Source: Eledone cirrhosa
Lineage: Eukaryota
Length of the DNA stretch: 64,000 nucleotides
Assembly: GCA_964016885.1 (NCBI GenBank)
Contig: OZ024748.1
Coordinates: 24,304,001 to 24,368,000, forward strand
Reading direction: 5' to 3'
Position 1 is the first letter of the stretch. Each line of letters opens with the position of its first letter. The notes beneath the pieces were generated by a model. That model had not been told where the DNA came from, ran no database searches, and saw only the letters and a list, made by a program, of their open reading frames with translations. This document shows, one piece after another, positions 1 to 11,444 of this stretch. The translations under genes and the position numbers were made by a program.

Positions 1-39
1 TACATATATACATATATATATATATATACAAACACATAT

Positions 40-73
<34 letters not shown>

Positions 74-189
74 TCACATATACATATATATAAATATACA
101 CATAAAAATATATGTATACACACACACACACACATATATATACATACATACATACATACATACATACACACACATATATATATATATAT

Positions 190-229
<40 letters not shown>

Positions 230-231
230 TC

Positions 232-293
<62 letters not shown>

Positions 294-300
294 AATACAT
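1..300. repeat. (TA)n/(CA)n compound microsatellite
   Basis: Visible dinucleotide runs; similar runs recur throughout the window. Confidence 0.95.
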
Positions 301-933
301 TGTAGGTCGCTTTAACCAGTCTTTTATTATTCAAAAAACTTCTTCCCAATAAACATTAACCCTTTGTGCGCCATTCATCTAACTGTAGACCAACAAATAC
401 CAAGTAAACGGAGCGTTGACAAGAACGATGGCGAATGAATCTTCGAGGTAAGCAGTTTCCTCCCAAGCTGTTAGTTCACGCGGGATTCTCTGCTACACCT
501 TTTCGTAATAATACCGAACAGCATACTGCTGGTCACTCCTTCCCCCAAAAGCCGTACAAAGCGGACATGTGCATCGGGTAGATGGATCGGGTGCAAATCT
601 ACACCAGGCCTACGCGACAAATTCGCAAGGGACTGCACCGAGAGGGATAGAATGAACTTTTGAGGTAAGTAGCCTACGCCTTACTGCTATGACACTGGAA
701 CCTTCTGCCAACTTAACCTGTGACTTTCTCTTTCACATTTACTCCAAAAGGCCAAAACAGAGGAGTATGAAAAGAATATTTCTATGAACAATGCACGTAA
801 AAGCTAAACTGAACTTTCAACTTCTTAATTTTCTCCAAATAAAACAAGTTTCATGTCGGTATATTTTCGTGAGTTTTTAACAGGCACTCACAAATAAACA
901 TTTCTCATTAGAGATGCTATTACCAATGTTCTT

Positions 934-962
934 ACCAGTGCAACGCCGAGATATACTGCTAG

Positions 963-963
<1 letters not shown>
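934..963 (+). mobile_element. Helitron-like 3' terminus
   Basis: accagtgcaacgccgagatatactgCTAG|t resembles a degenerate subterminal hairpin followed by CTAG and T. Confidence 0.4.
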
Positions 964-995
<32 letters not shown>

Positions 996-1119
996 GTGAA
1001 CAACACAATATATAACTACTCCATTACCAAAGGTTTCAGGATACTAGACAAAATTAACATACGTCTAGTTCGTTCATCAGATAGAGGGATTATCCCTTTG
1101 CCTTTTCTTCGGAAATACT

Positions 1120-1205
<86 letters not shown>

Positions 1206-1410
1206 ACACACACACTCACATACACACACAAAGACACTCACATACACACACAAAGACACTCACACACACTAATACTCACACACACACACACACATATATA
1301 CTAATATCTGTATATTCCTGTGGTAGTATATATCTATCTATCTCTCTCTATATATATATAGAATAAGGAAAGCGAAGTAGTTTCAGATGTTCAAGTCTTT
1401 TAATAATAAT

Positions 1411-1484
1411 GCTGTGATATATATTTCAATGGTGACAGTGGCCACACTGTTCTGTGCGCCAGTGTCGCGACATCATCAGACAGC
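1411..1484 (-). ncRNA. Type I hammerhead ribozyme (inverted-arm copy)
   Basis: Reverse-complement copy of 1613-1686 with an intact core. Confidence 0.75.
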
Positions 1485-1612
1485 TTGTTACATAATAAGG
1501 TTATGTGTCCGATGCAAGGCAACGGATGAAGAACCCAAAAGCACACACTTCGTCCGTTCCCATGTCGATTCAATTTGGATTGCATCGGAAACATAACCTT
1601 ATTATGTAACAA

Positions 1613-1686
1613 GCTGTCTGATGATGTCGCAACACTGGCGCACAGAACAGTGTGGCCACTGTCGCCATTGAAATATATATCACAGC
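1613..1686 (+). ncRNA. Type I hammerhead ribozyme
   Basis: gctgt-CTGATGA-(imperfect long stem II)-GAAA-t(atat)a-TC^acagc; stem I gctgt/acagc; palindromic mini stem III. Confidence 0.8.
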
Positions 1687-1699
1687 ATTATTATTAAAA

Positions 1700-1800
1700 T
1701 CCCGCCGAGGTTAACTTTGTCTTTCATCCTTACGGGTCGATAAAATAAAGTACCAGTAATGTACTGGGTAATTGCTGGCCTTGTGCCTAAAGTAGAAACA
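1700..1800 (+). mobile_element. 5'-truncated tRNA-derived SINE with 13-bp TSD
   Basis: SINE body tcccgccgaggttaactttg...gtagaaaca; TSD attattattaaaa at 1687-1699 and 1801-1813. Confidence 0.9.
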
Positions 1801-1944
1801 ATTATTATTAAAAGACTTGAACATCTGAAACTACTTCGCTTTTCCTTATTCGATATTTACTCCGTCACTCCTATGTGGAATAAGTACGTTGAGTGCTTGA
1901 ATTGAATTGCATCAATATTTACCCTAAGTATATATATATATTAA

Positions 1945-2029
<85 letters not shown>

Positions 2030-2142
2030 CTCTGTAATATCTTATACATGTATACACACTATAATATTTGTATATTTCTGTGGTATTATATATGTATATA
2101 TGTGTGTGTGTAATATAACATAATAGATATATATATATATAT

Positions 2143-2347
2143 AACGAAGGAAATGTGGTAAGGAACCAGGTGGACCATAACGCACCAAAGTACTCAATAC
2201 TTGAGGTAGTAGAGTGTATAATAGGAACCAGTAAGACCCCGACAGCTGAGCTCAAGCCGTTTCGACGGCTAATTCATTTTTGAATTGAGAATTAGCCGTC
2301 GAAACGGCTTGAGCTCAGCTGTCGGGGTCTTACTGGTTCCTATTATA
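2143..2347 (-). mobile_element. Short (TA)n-embedded fold-back repeat, probably a Penelope-like 3' end (related copies at 29797-29900, 29979-30120, 61123-61300)
   Basis: 2219-2276 is inverted at 2293-2347; the same sequence recurs three more times next to (TA)n, each with a different fold-back point. Confidence 0.6.
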
Positions 2348-2355
2348 TATATATA

Positions 2356-2540
2356 GGCGGTGGATTGGCAGTATCGGTAGAGGGTCGGACGCCATGCTAT
2401 GAAGCATAGAGTTACCTCCCTGTATGATCTGAGTTCAAATCCCGCCGAGGTTAACTTTGCCTTTCATCCTTACGGGGTCGATAAAATAAAGTACCAGTAA
2501 TACACTGGGTAATTGCTGGCCTTGTGCCTAAAGTAGAAAC

Positions 2541-2545
<5 letters not shown>
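2356..2545 (+). mobile_element. Full-length tRNA-derived SINE
   Basis: A-box-like tggcagtatcggt, B-box gagttcaaatccc, conserved body gcctttcatccttacggggtcgataaaataaagtaccag, ATT-rich tail. Confidence 0.9.
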
Positions 2546-2594
<49 letters not shown>

Positions 2595-3146
2595 ACTTTT
2601 CTTTTCTTCTGTGATTTATTGTAGTTGTTTCGTGGGATATTTCTTACGTTCACATATTTTTCGTTTTTCCAAAATATTTGGTTTCATGATTTTCTTGTTT
2701 AATTCGCTGTAAAGATTTCGTTTTTATCTTCTCGGAATATTTAAGATATTTTGTTTGAAATGTTTTCATTCAATTCTCCAACAACCTGTGTATTCTACAA
2801 GATTTAGCTTTCATCTGCTGAATTAGGTTTTCTTTCCTTCTTTTCAGTTGTTGTCTTTTCTTCAAATCAAGTTGTTGTTGTGCTGTTGTTTTATTGATGT
2901 TTTTTCCTGTTTTTCGTGATGGCTGGTGTTTTGACAATCTCACACAGTAACCGTGTATCTTCTTTTTTGCTTTTTTCCTATTGGATTTCTTTTTCGGATG
3001 AAGTGATACGGGTTCCTTACTAACTCTGTTGTACGATTTCTTATGTTGTGTTATAATGTTGATTGAGTTACATTGTGTTCTATGTTACTCGTTTGTTGTG
3101 TTCCTGTATAACATGGCTTATATTGTATTATTATCTCCCTTTTGAA

Positions 3147-3333
3147 GGGGGGATTGGCAGTATCGGTAGAGAGTCGGACGCCATGCTTTGACGCATAGTT
3201 ACGGCCCTTGCCATTCTGAGTTCAAATCCCGCCGAGGTTAACTTTGCCTTTCATCCTTACGGGGTCGATAAAATAAAGTACCAGTAATGCACTGGGTAAT
3301 TACTGGCCTTGTGCCAAAAGTAGAAACAATTAT
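3147..3333 (+). mobile_element. tRNA-derived SINE
   Basis: Same family; flanked by the direct repeat attatctcccttt (TSD). Confidence 0.9.
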
Positions 3334-3672
3334 CTCCCTTTAGTATAAGTCTTTCTTTATATTTTCTTGTTAAATTAAAATTATAATGGCGACACTATCT
3401 ACTCTGACCCTCTGCGCTCAGAGTCCAAATACTGCCGGGGTCAACTTTGTCTTTCATCATTTTAGAGGTCGAAAAAATAACGTAGCAGTCGAGGGTGGTG
3501 TATTGGCGGAACTGCTAGGGTGTAGAACGAGATGCCTTGCGGTATTTGTTCCGGTTCTTTGCATTTTGAGTTCAAATTCCTCTGTAGCATATTTGGGTGC
3601 TAGACCTAATCCTTTCACACAAGCCGAAAACGCCTGGTGCCGAGGTCGGGGTTCTACCCCCACCTCTCTCTA

Positions 3673-3704
<32 letters not shown>

Positions 3705-5320
3705 CAGTGCCCGCAAAAGTTTACAACACATTAGGAAAAATGCGGTTTTAGGTATTTTTAATAAAGTTAGGGTAATGAAAATTTAACTACTGATAGAACA
3801 TATAATGTGGTATTTAATGATACAATCATATTTTTAAAAAAAATAACAAGGAAATAACTCATGAAGAAAAATCAATATTTTTATAACGCAAAATTTTACA
3901 ACACATTTTATATTTATCGCTTTTTTTCAAGAAAATTCTTAAATTTTCAGATTTAAAATTCAGTAGAATGTTCTAGATTAGGTTTAAGGGAACTTCTAAG
4001 GACTATTCAAAACATTACGTCATTATTTGTCTGACAACCATCCTGTAAACATTGACAACCGTCCTGTAAACATTGACAATATGGGGAAAAATAAATTGAT
4101 TGATCAAGACCTCCGTAAACGCATTGTAGACCTTCATACAAATGGTGTTGGTTATAGAAAGATATCTTGTCAGTTAAATGTGCCATTGAGTTCAGTTGGT
4201 ACTATAATTCGTCACTGAAAATCTCATCATTCCATCTGTCCTCTAATTAGTTCTGGACGTCCTAGAAAGATAACGGAACGTGCAGCTCGGTTATTGACGA
4301 GAAAGGTTGGCAACGAACCCCGGTATACTCTTAAAAATCTTCAGGATGACCTAGAAGAAAGTGGAGTAAAAGTGAGCACAGATACAATTAGTCGTTCACT
4401 TCGTCGATATGATATCTTCTCGAGGTCTCCAAGGAAAACACCACTTCTTACGAGGAAACACGTTCTTCGTCGATTAAACTTTGCAAATGAGCATCTCATC
4501 AAACCTGCGTCATTTTGGGAAGATGTACTTTGGTCGGACGAAACAAAAATTTAACTTTTTGGTCGAAATGCTGTGGCAAGAGTCTGGAGAAAGAAAGGTA
4601 CTGAATATTCGCTGAAGAATACTATTCCAACTGTAAAATTTGGAGGTGGATCAATCATGGTCTGGGGTTGCTTTAGTGCCACAGGTGTAGGAAATATTGA
4701 AATAATAGAAGGAAGAATGGATGGCGCTTATTATAGAGGTATTTTGCAAAGGAATTTACATCAAAGTGCACATTCTCTCAGTTTAAAGTCAGGTGGGTTT
4801 TTCAACAAGATAACGATCCAAAGCATACTGCAAAGCTAACACAATCTTGATTAAGTACGAATAGAATAAATGTTCTAAAATGGCCAAGTCAGTCTCCAGA
4901 TCTTAACCAGATCGAAAATTTGTGGAGAGAACTGAAACTCAGAATTCAAAAAAGGAAACCCCAAAATATCCCTGAACTAAAGAAAATTTGTTGTGAAGAA
5001 TGGAAAAATATTAGCCAAGAAACATGCAAGAAGTTTGTAGGAGGCTACTCCAAACGCCTACAGGCTGTAATTAGCAACAAAAGTTACGCTACGAAATATT
5101 AAGAGATGATTTAATAAATGTGTTGTAAACTTTTGCGTTATAAAAATATTGATTTTTCTTCATGAGTTATTTCCTTGTTATTTTTTTTTTAAATATGATT
5201 GTATCATTAAATGCCTCATTATACATTCTATCAGTAGTTAAATTTCCATTACCCTAACTTTATTAAAAATACCTAAAACCGCATTTTTCCTAATGTGTTG
5301 TAAACTTTTGCGGGGCACTG
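3705..5320 (+). mobile_element. Tc1-family DNA transposon with IR/DR ends, full length, non-autonomous
   Basis: TA|CAGTG...CACTG|TA ends; ~200-bp TIRs (3705-~3908, ~5116-5320), each containing two copies of gcaaaa(g/t)tttacaacacatt. Confidence 0.95.
4081..5102 (+). pseudogene. Tc1 DD34E transposase pseudogene
   Basis: Paired-like HTH with GRPRK, WSDETK, KFGGGSIMVWGCF, QQDNDPKH, WPSQSPDLNQIEN; stops at 4216, 4552 and 4848, frameshift near 4790. Confidence 0.93.
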
Positions 5321-5377
5321 TATATATATAGTCTGGAATTTTACATTACCTATTGGGCACGCTTAGATGCAACCGGT

Positions 5378-5412
5378 ACTAGCAGTGAAACCCATGCTTT
5401 TCTCGTCAAATT
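5378..5412 (-). mobile_element. Helitron-like 3' terminus (minus strand ...gggtttcactgCTAG|t)
   Basis: Same ctgctagt terminus as at 956-963. Confidence 0.35.
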
Positions 5413-5947
5413 ATTATTATTTTCTCACAACTAGCAGATTAACAATGAGAGTAAGTTGAACAATTTTCCGCATTTTTTGTGTTTTGTTCAATATGCACTC
5501 CAATACCTGTTCTATCTTTTTCTCTCACTCACCTATTGAATCGTACAAGTTGTGAAATCGATTGGTTTACGCACGTGGTTGGTCGAAATATCTAGAATTC
5601 GAATTCTAACCAGCGCGCTAACTCTATATCGCTGTCTAATCACCTGTTGGCATATAATGTCCGGAAAGGTTTTAGGCACTACCATTGTTACTGTCGCACC
5701 GTATCTGACATGGTACTTAGAGACTACAGCAGAATGCTAACATTCTATCGTACAGCGATTGGAAACTGATTTTCTCTAATAACTGATTTTTCACTCACTT
5801 GTTAATTTCTTTTTGAGATACGTTGGCTTATGGCGGGAGCGGAACTATTTGAATTTCGTCTTCTACCGTCACGTAAATCTCTGAACGTGTAGCCAATCGG
5901 TTGAGGGCATTGTGATGACACGTAGAGATTTCAGTTGCTGGTGTTTT

Positions 5948-6003
5948 ACTACACATACTAGCAGAAAACCACCGAAGGGTGGTTTTCTGCTAGTATGTGT
6001 AGT
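5948..6003. repeat. Perfect 26-bp-arm hairpin containing actagcag/ctgctagt
   Basis: actacacatactagcagaaaaccacc-gaag-ggtggttttctgctagtatgtgtagt. Confidence 0.9.
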
Positions 6004-6343
6004 GTGTATATTGATACTATACGCAAATATATATACATGTAGATATGATACATCAAATAAAATCATAATTGACAATATACACAGAAATGAACGAAGACTA
6101 CGTTACACTGTCTCATGTAATCAGTAACGTAATCCATGATATATTAAAAAAAGACGATATTATATATAAACTGCATTAGGAGAAAATCAGTGACAGAAAT
6201 ATATGAATATTTATTTAAACGATCGCTAACAGGAAGTGTTGACATTTGAAAATTTTAAAGAAGTGAATCTTTAAATAAGTAATAACATTTATTTAATGAA
6301 CAGCCACGAAATTTAGTAGATAAATTATGTAATATTCATTCAT

Positions 6344-6450
6344 TCCGCCGAGGTTAACTTTGCCTTTCATCCTTACGGGGTCGATAAAATAAAGTACCAG
6401 TAATGCACTGGGATAATTAATGGCCTTGTACCAAAAGTAGAAACAATTAT
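6344..6450 (+). mobile_element. 5'-truncated SINE
   Basis: ccgccgaggttaactttgcctttcatccttacggggtcg...gtagaaacaatt. Confidence 0.85.
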
Positions 6451-6555
6451 TTATTCAAAATAATCCAATTTATTTTACTAATGGGATAACAAATTATAAA
6501 CCATACGTAGTCCCGCGCTTCTTACTTTATTATTGTTTATGTATGTATGTATGTA

Positions 6556-6633
<78 letters not shown>

Positions 6634-7849
6634 CCCTAAACACTCGGTATTGATCAATGTTCCCTCTTAAATTAGTTGTCTATAGTAATTGTTTTGTCTT
6701 GTGCTGTTTTCCCATTTATTAATTCTTATAGCAGAGTTGTATCTGTGTTTGTTTATTTTACTTTTCAATTCCATAATTCTTGTGGGATTGAATTGGTGTT
6801 TATCAACGAAACATCTAGAAAACTTACATTAATTCAATTCAATTATGTCTAATCTTCTAGAAATTTTCAGGATTTTCCGAGATGACAAGCAGAGACGTAG
6901 GGGAAAATATATATTTTTTTAAATGAAGGATGGGTGCGTGGGTGTCATTTGACCCTCCAGGCGAAAGTGTGATGAAGCGTAATACTTCTGGCTTATAATG
7001 CCTGTTAATTAAGGTAGTGGGAGCGCCAAAATTGTCCTTACCCCCGACACCATCTCAAGCCCCCTGGCGCTCAGAGTCTTTCCTAAGCTACTTTTCTTGT
7101 AGATTGTTCATATTTTTTCACGTAAATAAGACAGCATGATGGTGATTGAGTGAAGGTGAAATAGTAAATAACAGATAAAATTCTACCGTCGGCCATTCAT
7201 CTAGATATCAATCACAAATCTTTTTAATCCGAGTAAATAAAAAAAGCTTCGTCATTGGTGTTGTTGTTGTTGGTGGTGTTGGTTGGTGATGGTGGTGGTT
7301 GTGGTGGTGGTTGTGGTAGCAGCAGTAGTAGTAGTAGTAGTAGTAGTAGTAGCAGCAGTAGCAGCAGCAACAGTAGTAGTAGTAGTAGTAGTAGTTTTTG
7401 TTGTTTATGATGAAAAACATTCCAGTTTTGATAATTCCGTCTTTTTCTTTCAAATACGGAATGTCTCACGCCGAATCTCCCTGAGAACTATGTTAAAGGT
7501 ACACGTGCCTGTATGTGTTGGGCTCCTTCCTCGAGCGTGATACCATTATCCCGATATGTCGGAGGAAAACGGCAATCCTGAGACCGAGGTCACAAGAGAT
7601 TACAATATTAACGATCAACACAATATGAACTAAGTATAAGCTCAATCTTTCATAAAATACTGAATGTCTATAATTTTACGTAGTCACTCCCCTGTACATT
7701 GTTTACCTTTATAAGCTGGAAACCTGATTTTCAGGTACATTTGTCACTTCCAGCTGTATCATGACAACTAGTTGTCCTCTGCGAAATAAGTTCTCAATGA
7801 TTTTCCTGCTCAAAGAATCAGTGTAAGCCCATCTTTTCCCAGGCACTTA

Positions 7850-8218
7850 GATATATTGTTAACCATGTTGCCAACAACAACCCTGAGTACCTTTTTGATT
7901 TCCATGTGTCTAACACACCTGGACATGCCCACAAAGTAAGAAAACAGCACAGTTCCCATGACTTTCGGAAACATTTTTTCACGCTCAGAGTTGCTGAAGC
8001 ATGGAACAAACTACCTGCATCAGTTGTTAGCTGTCGAGACACTGCATCCTTTAAGGCCTCCATGCTTCCCGAGATCCGCCAATACTACAGCTAACACATA
8101 CACACATGTACTTCCCTGACATTTGTGTATTATTCTATGTACTATACATACACCTTTGACGAGTTGTAGTGCACCTTAGCACTTTACACAATAATTTCAT
8201 TATTATTATTATTATTAT
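7850..8218 (+). mobile_element. CR1-clade LINE 3' fragment
   Basis: Translates to TPGHAHKV...RKHFFTLRVAEAWNKLPASVV...SFK, typical of the CR1 ORF2 C-terminus; (ATT)n tail. Confidence 0.8.
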
Positions 8219-9661
8219 ATGAGCAAATGGCAAAGAGGCAATTTTATTTTATAAAAAACCTTAACATATGAAACTTTACAGTGTTCCTAATGAGCTACAT
8301 GTAAGTTTAAATAAAAATATATTCCGTTAGTTATCATTATTGTTCAATAAGTTATACAAATTTCAAATTTAATAAAGCGATGTGAATAAACTAAATTTAA
8401 CATAAATGTAAAGTAACGTTATAAATGCACGAATATTTAAAAATAAACATCTATTTATTTGAAATATGTCATAGAATACACATATATACAAGCCATTGTC
8501 CACTGGAAAAGGATATAGAAGTTGCTGTAGCTTGCCTTTAGAATCGCTTATGGGGCCGCTAGAAAATATGCCATTGGTCCCAACCGTGCTGTGGACAATG
8601 TGAGGTTACCTTAATAATTTCTATTCCAGAAACAAAATAAATATAACCCCTTTAAAATTAAGAAAAAATTGAATGTACATAATACAATAATTTTCCTTTT
8701 AAACAAATATATACATTTTAGGAAATTACCTGTAGAAATTATAGTAACCTCTTTTTACAATTAAATGATAATGAGTGGGCTTAAAGTAGGAGTGAAACAA
8801 TTACAATATGGTAAATGAAGTAATGCAGTACTTTTCTGAGAACCCCCCCTCCCCATACACCCCTAAAAGTAGGTCATCAGAAGAAGTAACTTCTTGAAAC
8901 TGAACATAAAGATACATTGGAGGTAAAGTAACATATCAACGCAGCTAAATGAACCTCAAACAATAATTACTGCTCAGTCCTTATATGTAGTTCTACATAT
9001 TAAATGATATAGGGCAACGTTATGATTATTCCGCGAACCACTGGTGCGCTCTCCAAGGAACATCAAGGCGCTACAGTGATGGCATCATGCTGTCATCAGA
9101 CCGCAGTTGTGTCGGAAAACATTTCATCGACTTGTTGCAGTGATTCCAAATCATAACGTCGTGCAACGTTTTGAACCAGGGGCGTGCAACAGGCGGCCCG
9201 CGGGTCACAATCTGGCTTGCCAGACCAGTCAGAGTGACCCGCGATGACCGTTTTTAATTTTTACCTTGTAGGCTTATTTAGAATTTTTTTCGTAACCGTA
9301 ATATAATTTTCCGATGGGTGACCTATACTACAGGGCTTCACTGATAGGGTAATGTGTGTTATAATTTCCCAGATCCATGTTATTTGTCTTTATTGTAAAA
9401 AAATGTATTCACAATGTATTGATGACTCAATCCACTGGTTTTCATTAGATTACATATTTTTGACAGTGGCTGGCCCTAATAGTTATTCCAATGCTCAAAA
9501 GTGGCCCACCAGTGGAATATGTTGCACACCACTGTTTTAGACCATTCGTTGATCATTTTGAGGAAGTCTTCGATGCTGAGTCGAAGACTTTTTTCAAAAT
9601 CTGTGTGAAAGTCTTTTTTCAAAATCTGTGTTGTGTTGTCTATATATTGACAGACATACAG

Positions 9662-9772
<111 letters not shown>

Positions 9773-9874
9773 ACCCCCCAAAAAATCCTCCGGATTCTTT
9801 TCGTTCGTTCGCATGTTACGTTTTAGTTAGAGAGAGAGGGAGGTAGAGCAGTATTTCCCTCTCTATATATAGAT

Positions 9875-9921
9875 AGCGTGACGGACGGACAGACAGACAC
9901 GGCTCTTGTTATAGTATAGAT
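9875..9921 (-). mobile_element. Helitron-like 5' terminus
   Basis: Minus strand a|TCTATACTATAACAAGAGCCGTG followed by (TCTG/TCCG)n and cacgc, like non-autonomous Helitron 5' ends. Confidence 0.5.
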
Positions 9922-11444
9922 TATGTTGACAGCCACCTCTTAGAAACATCTTCTCTAATATCTGTGAGTATATTTCAGGCAGATCAAAATAATAGATTAT
10001 AGAATTTCTCTATAAGTCATGTTTTGATTTTATTTTTATCTGCAGGTTATCGGTGAAAAGGAAACAGCCATGATGTTTCTAAGGGTCACCAGCACTGGTG
10101 AGAGAAAGAGCGAGAAATTGTACACCCACTGGAGACTTTTCCTGAATGCTTGCAACCTCTGTTAAAGACACCCAATGACCATGTTTGCAACCTTATTTAA
10201 AGGCCCCCAATGACCAAGTGATGGTATTAAACTGAGTGGCTAATAAAAGTCTACCATCCAGTAATTGGAATGGTCTCTCAGATCGACTTCCACAAAGTTT
10301 CCGTTTGCCAATATGCTTGAATCTGAAGCCATGTAGTTTCATAATGAACCTTTTGATCATACATCTTATATCTAGGATTAGGGTCTATTTTAGCTTCTAA
10401 TATTTGATCCAACTACTCATTTCCCTCTCTGCCAAAGTGAACTAATTCTATACCTTTTAGTATAACACTAAAAAGGTTTTATTATATAACAGCGAGTCAT
10501 GCAAATATTTTGTCTCGATAGACGAATTAGTGGATGTTAGGTATTACTATATGAAGATTATTTCCACCACCTTTCTAATGAATAATCTGCATTCAAATTG
10601 AGCATGAAAGAAACATTACACTTCCATGTTCAAATACACCAGCGACGCTGGGTTTAGGTGTAAGCTAAACACGCTCCATCTTAACGCCTCAAAGTCTGAT
10701 GGGAATTCTCAAAATCTCCGCATTTCTTTTCATTCGTTTTGATTGTATTCCAATTTATATTTAAATAAGGATTTAACCCACAATTTACAGTAACATTATA
10801 ATTATCTCGCTGAGAACGAATTTCCACTATTAATTTCCTATTGATAATACCCTGAAACTGAATAGCTAAAGATATATTGTTAATATTATAAAATATTCAT
10901 CCTTAGCGCTAGATTTATTATGCAAGAACTGAGCTGCAGTCTTGTCAATTTCACTTGATACACTGCCTTATTTTATGTTAACAATCGCCAAATATGGTTT
11001 CTACAAAATTGCATGGTTTAAAACTTCCCAACGTCTAAATCTGCATTTGGCTAGATGTTACTGGATAGGCACAGTTTATAAATGCTTGGTGAAGGGATGT
11101 ACACAGTAAAAGAACACAAGTTAAGATGATTTGTGGATAGTAACAGTAGATAGATAGATAGATAAATAGATAAATAGATATGTTTCTTTTATTTGCCACC
11201 AGGGCATCAAAAGTGGGACAAGTACAATGGGGGGAGTTTACAAAACAAGGCGTCCTCAATAAGGAGGAGGCAATAACAATACATAAAAATAAAATAAAAT
11301 ATAACAAAAAATAAAATTTATAACAAAGTTCTCAATAGAGCGGAGGCGCCTTGGGGGGTCGCAGACGCCCCCGAAAAAAGTGTGCAACCCTTCTCCTCAG
11401 GAGCACAGAGAAGCGGTGCTCCCTTGGTCTTTCATCTTCCTCAC

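Larger units (their letters stand above)
1361..1934 (+). mobile_element. Fold-back Penelope-like pseudo-LTR remnant carrying a hammerhead ribozyme, between (TA)n runs
   Basis: 1361-~1520 is the near-perfect reverse complement of ~1580-1851 once the SINE at 1700-1800 is removed; a unique 3' tail runs to 1934; (TA)n on both sides. Confidence 0.7.

Noticed and set aside
2356-2445. tRNA gene suggested by A and B boxes
   Set aside because: No cloverleaf; it is the head of a multi-copy SINE.
9177-9245. hAT-like TIR start caggggcgtgcaac
   Set aside because: No matching opposite end or TSD was found.
10046-10097. Possible 52-nt exon with AG/GT boundaries
   Set aside because: Too short, with no recognisable protein and no partner exons.
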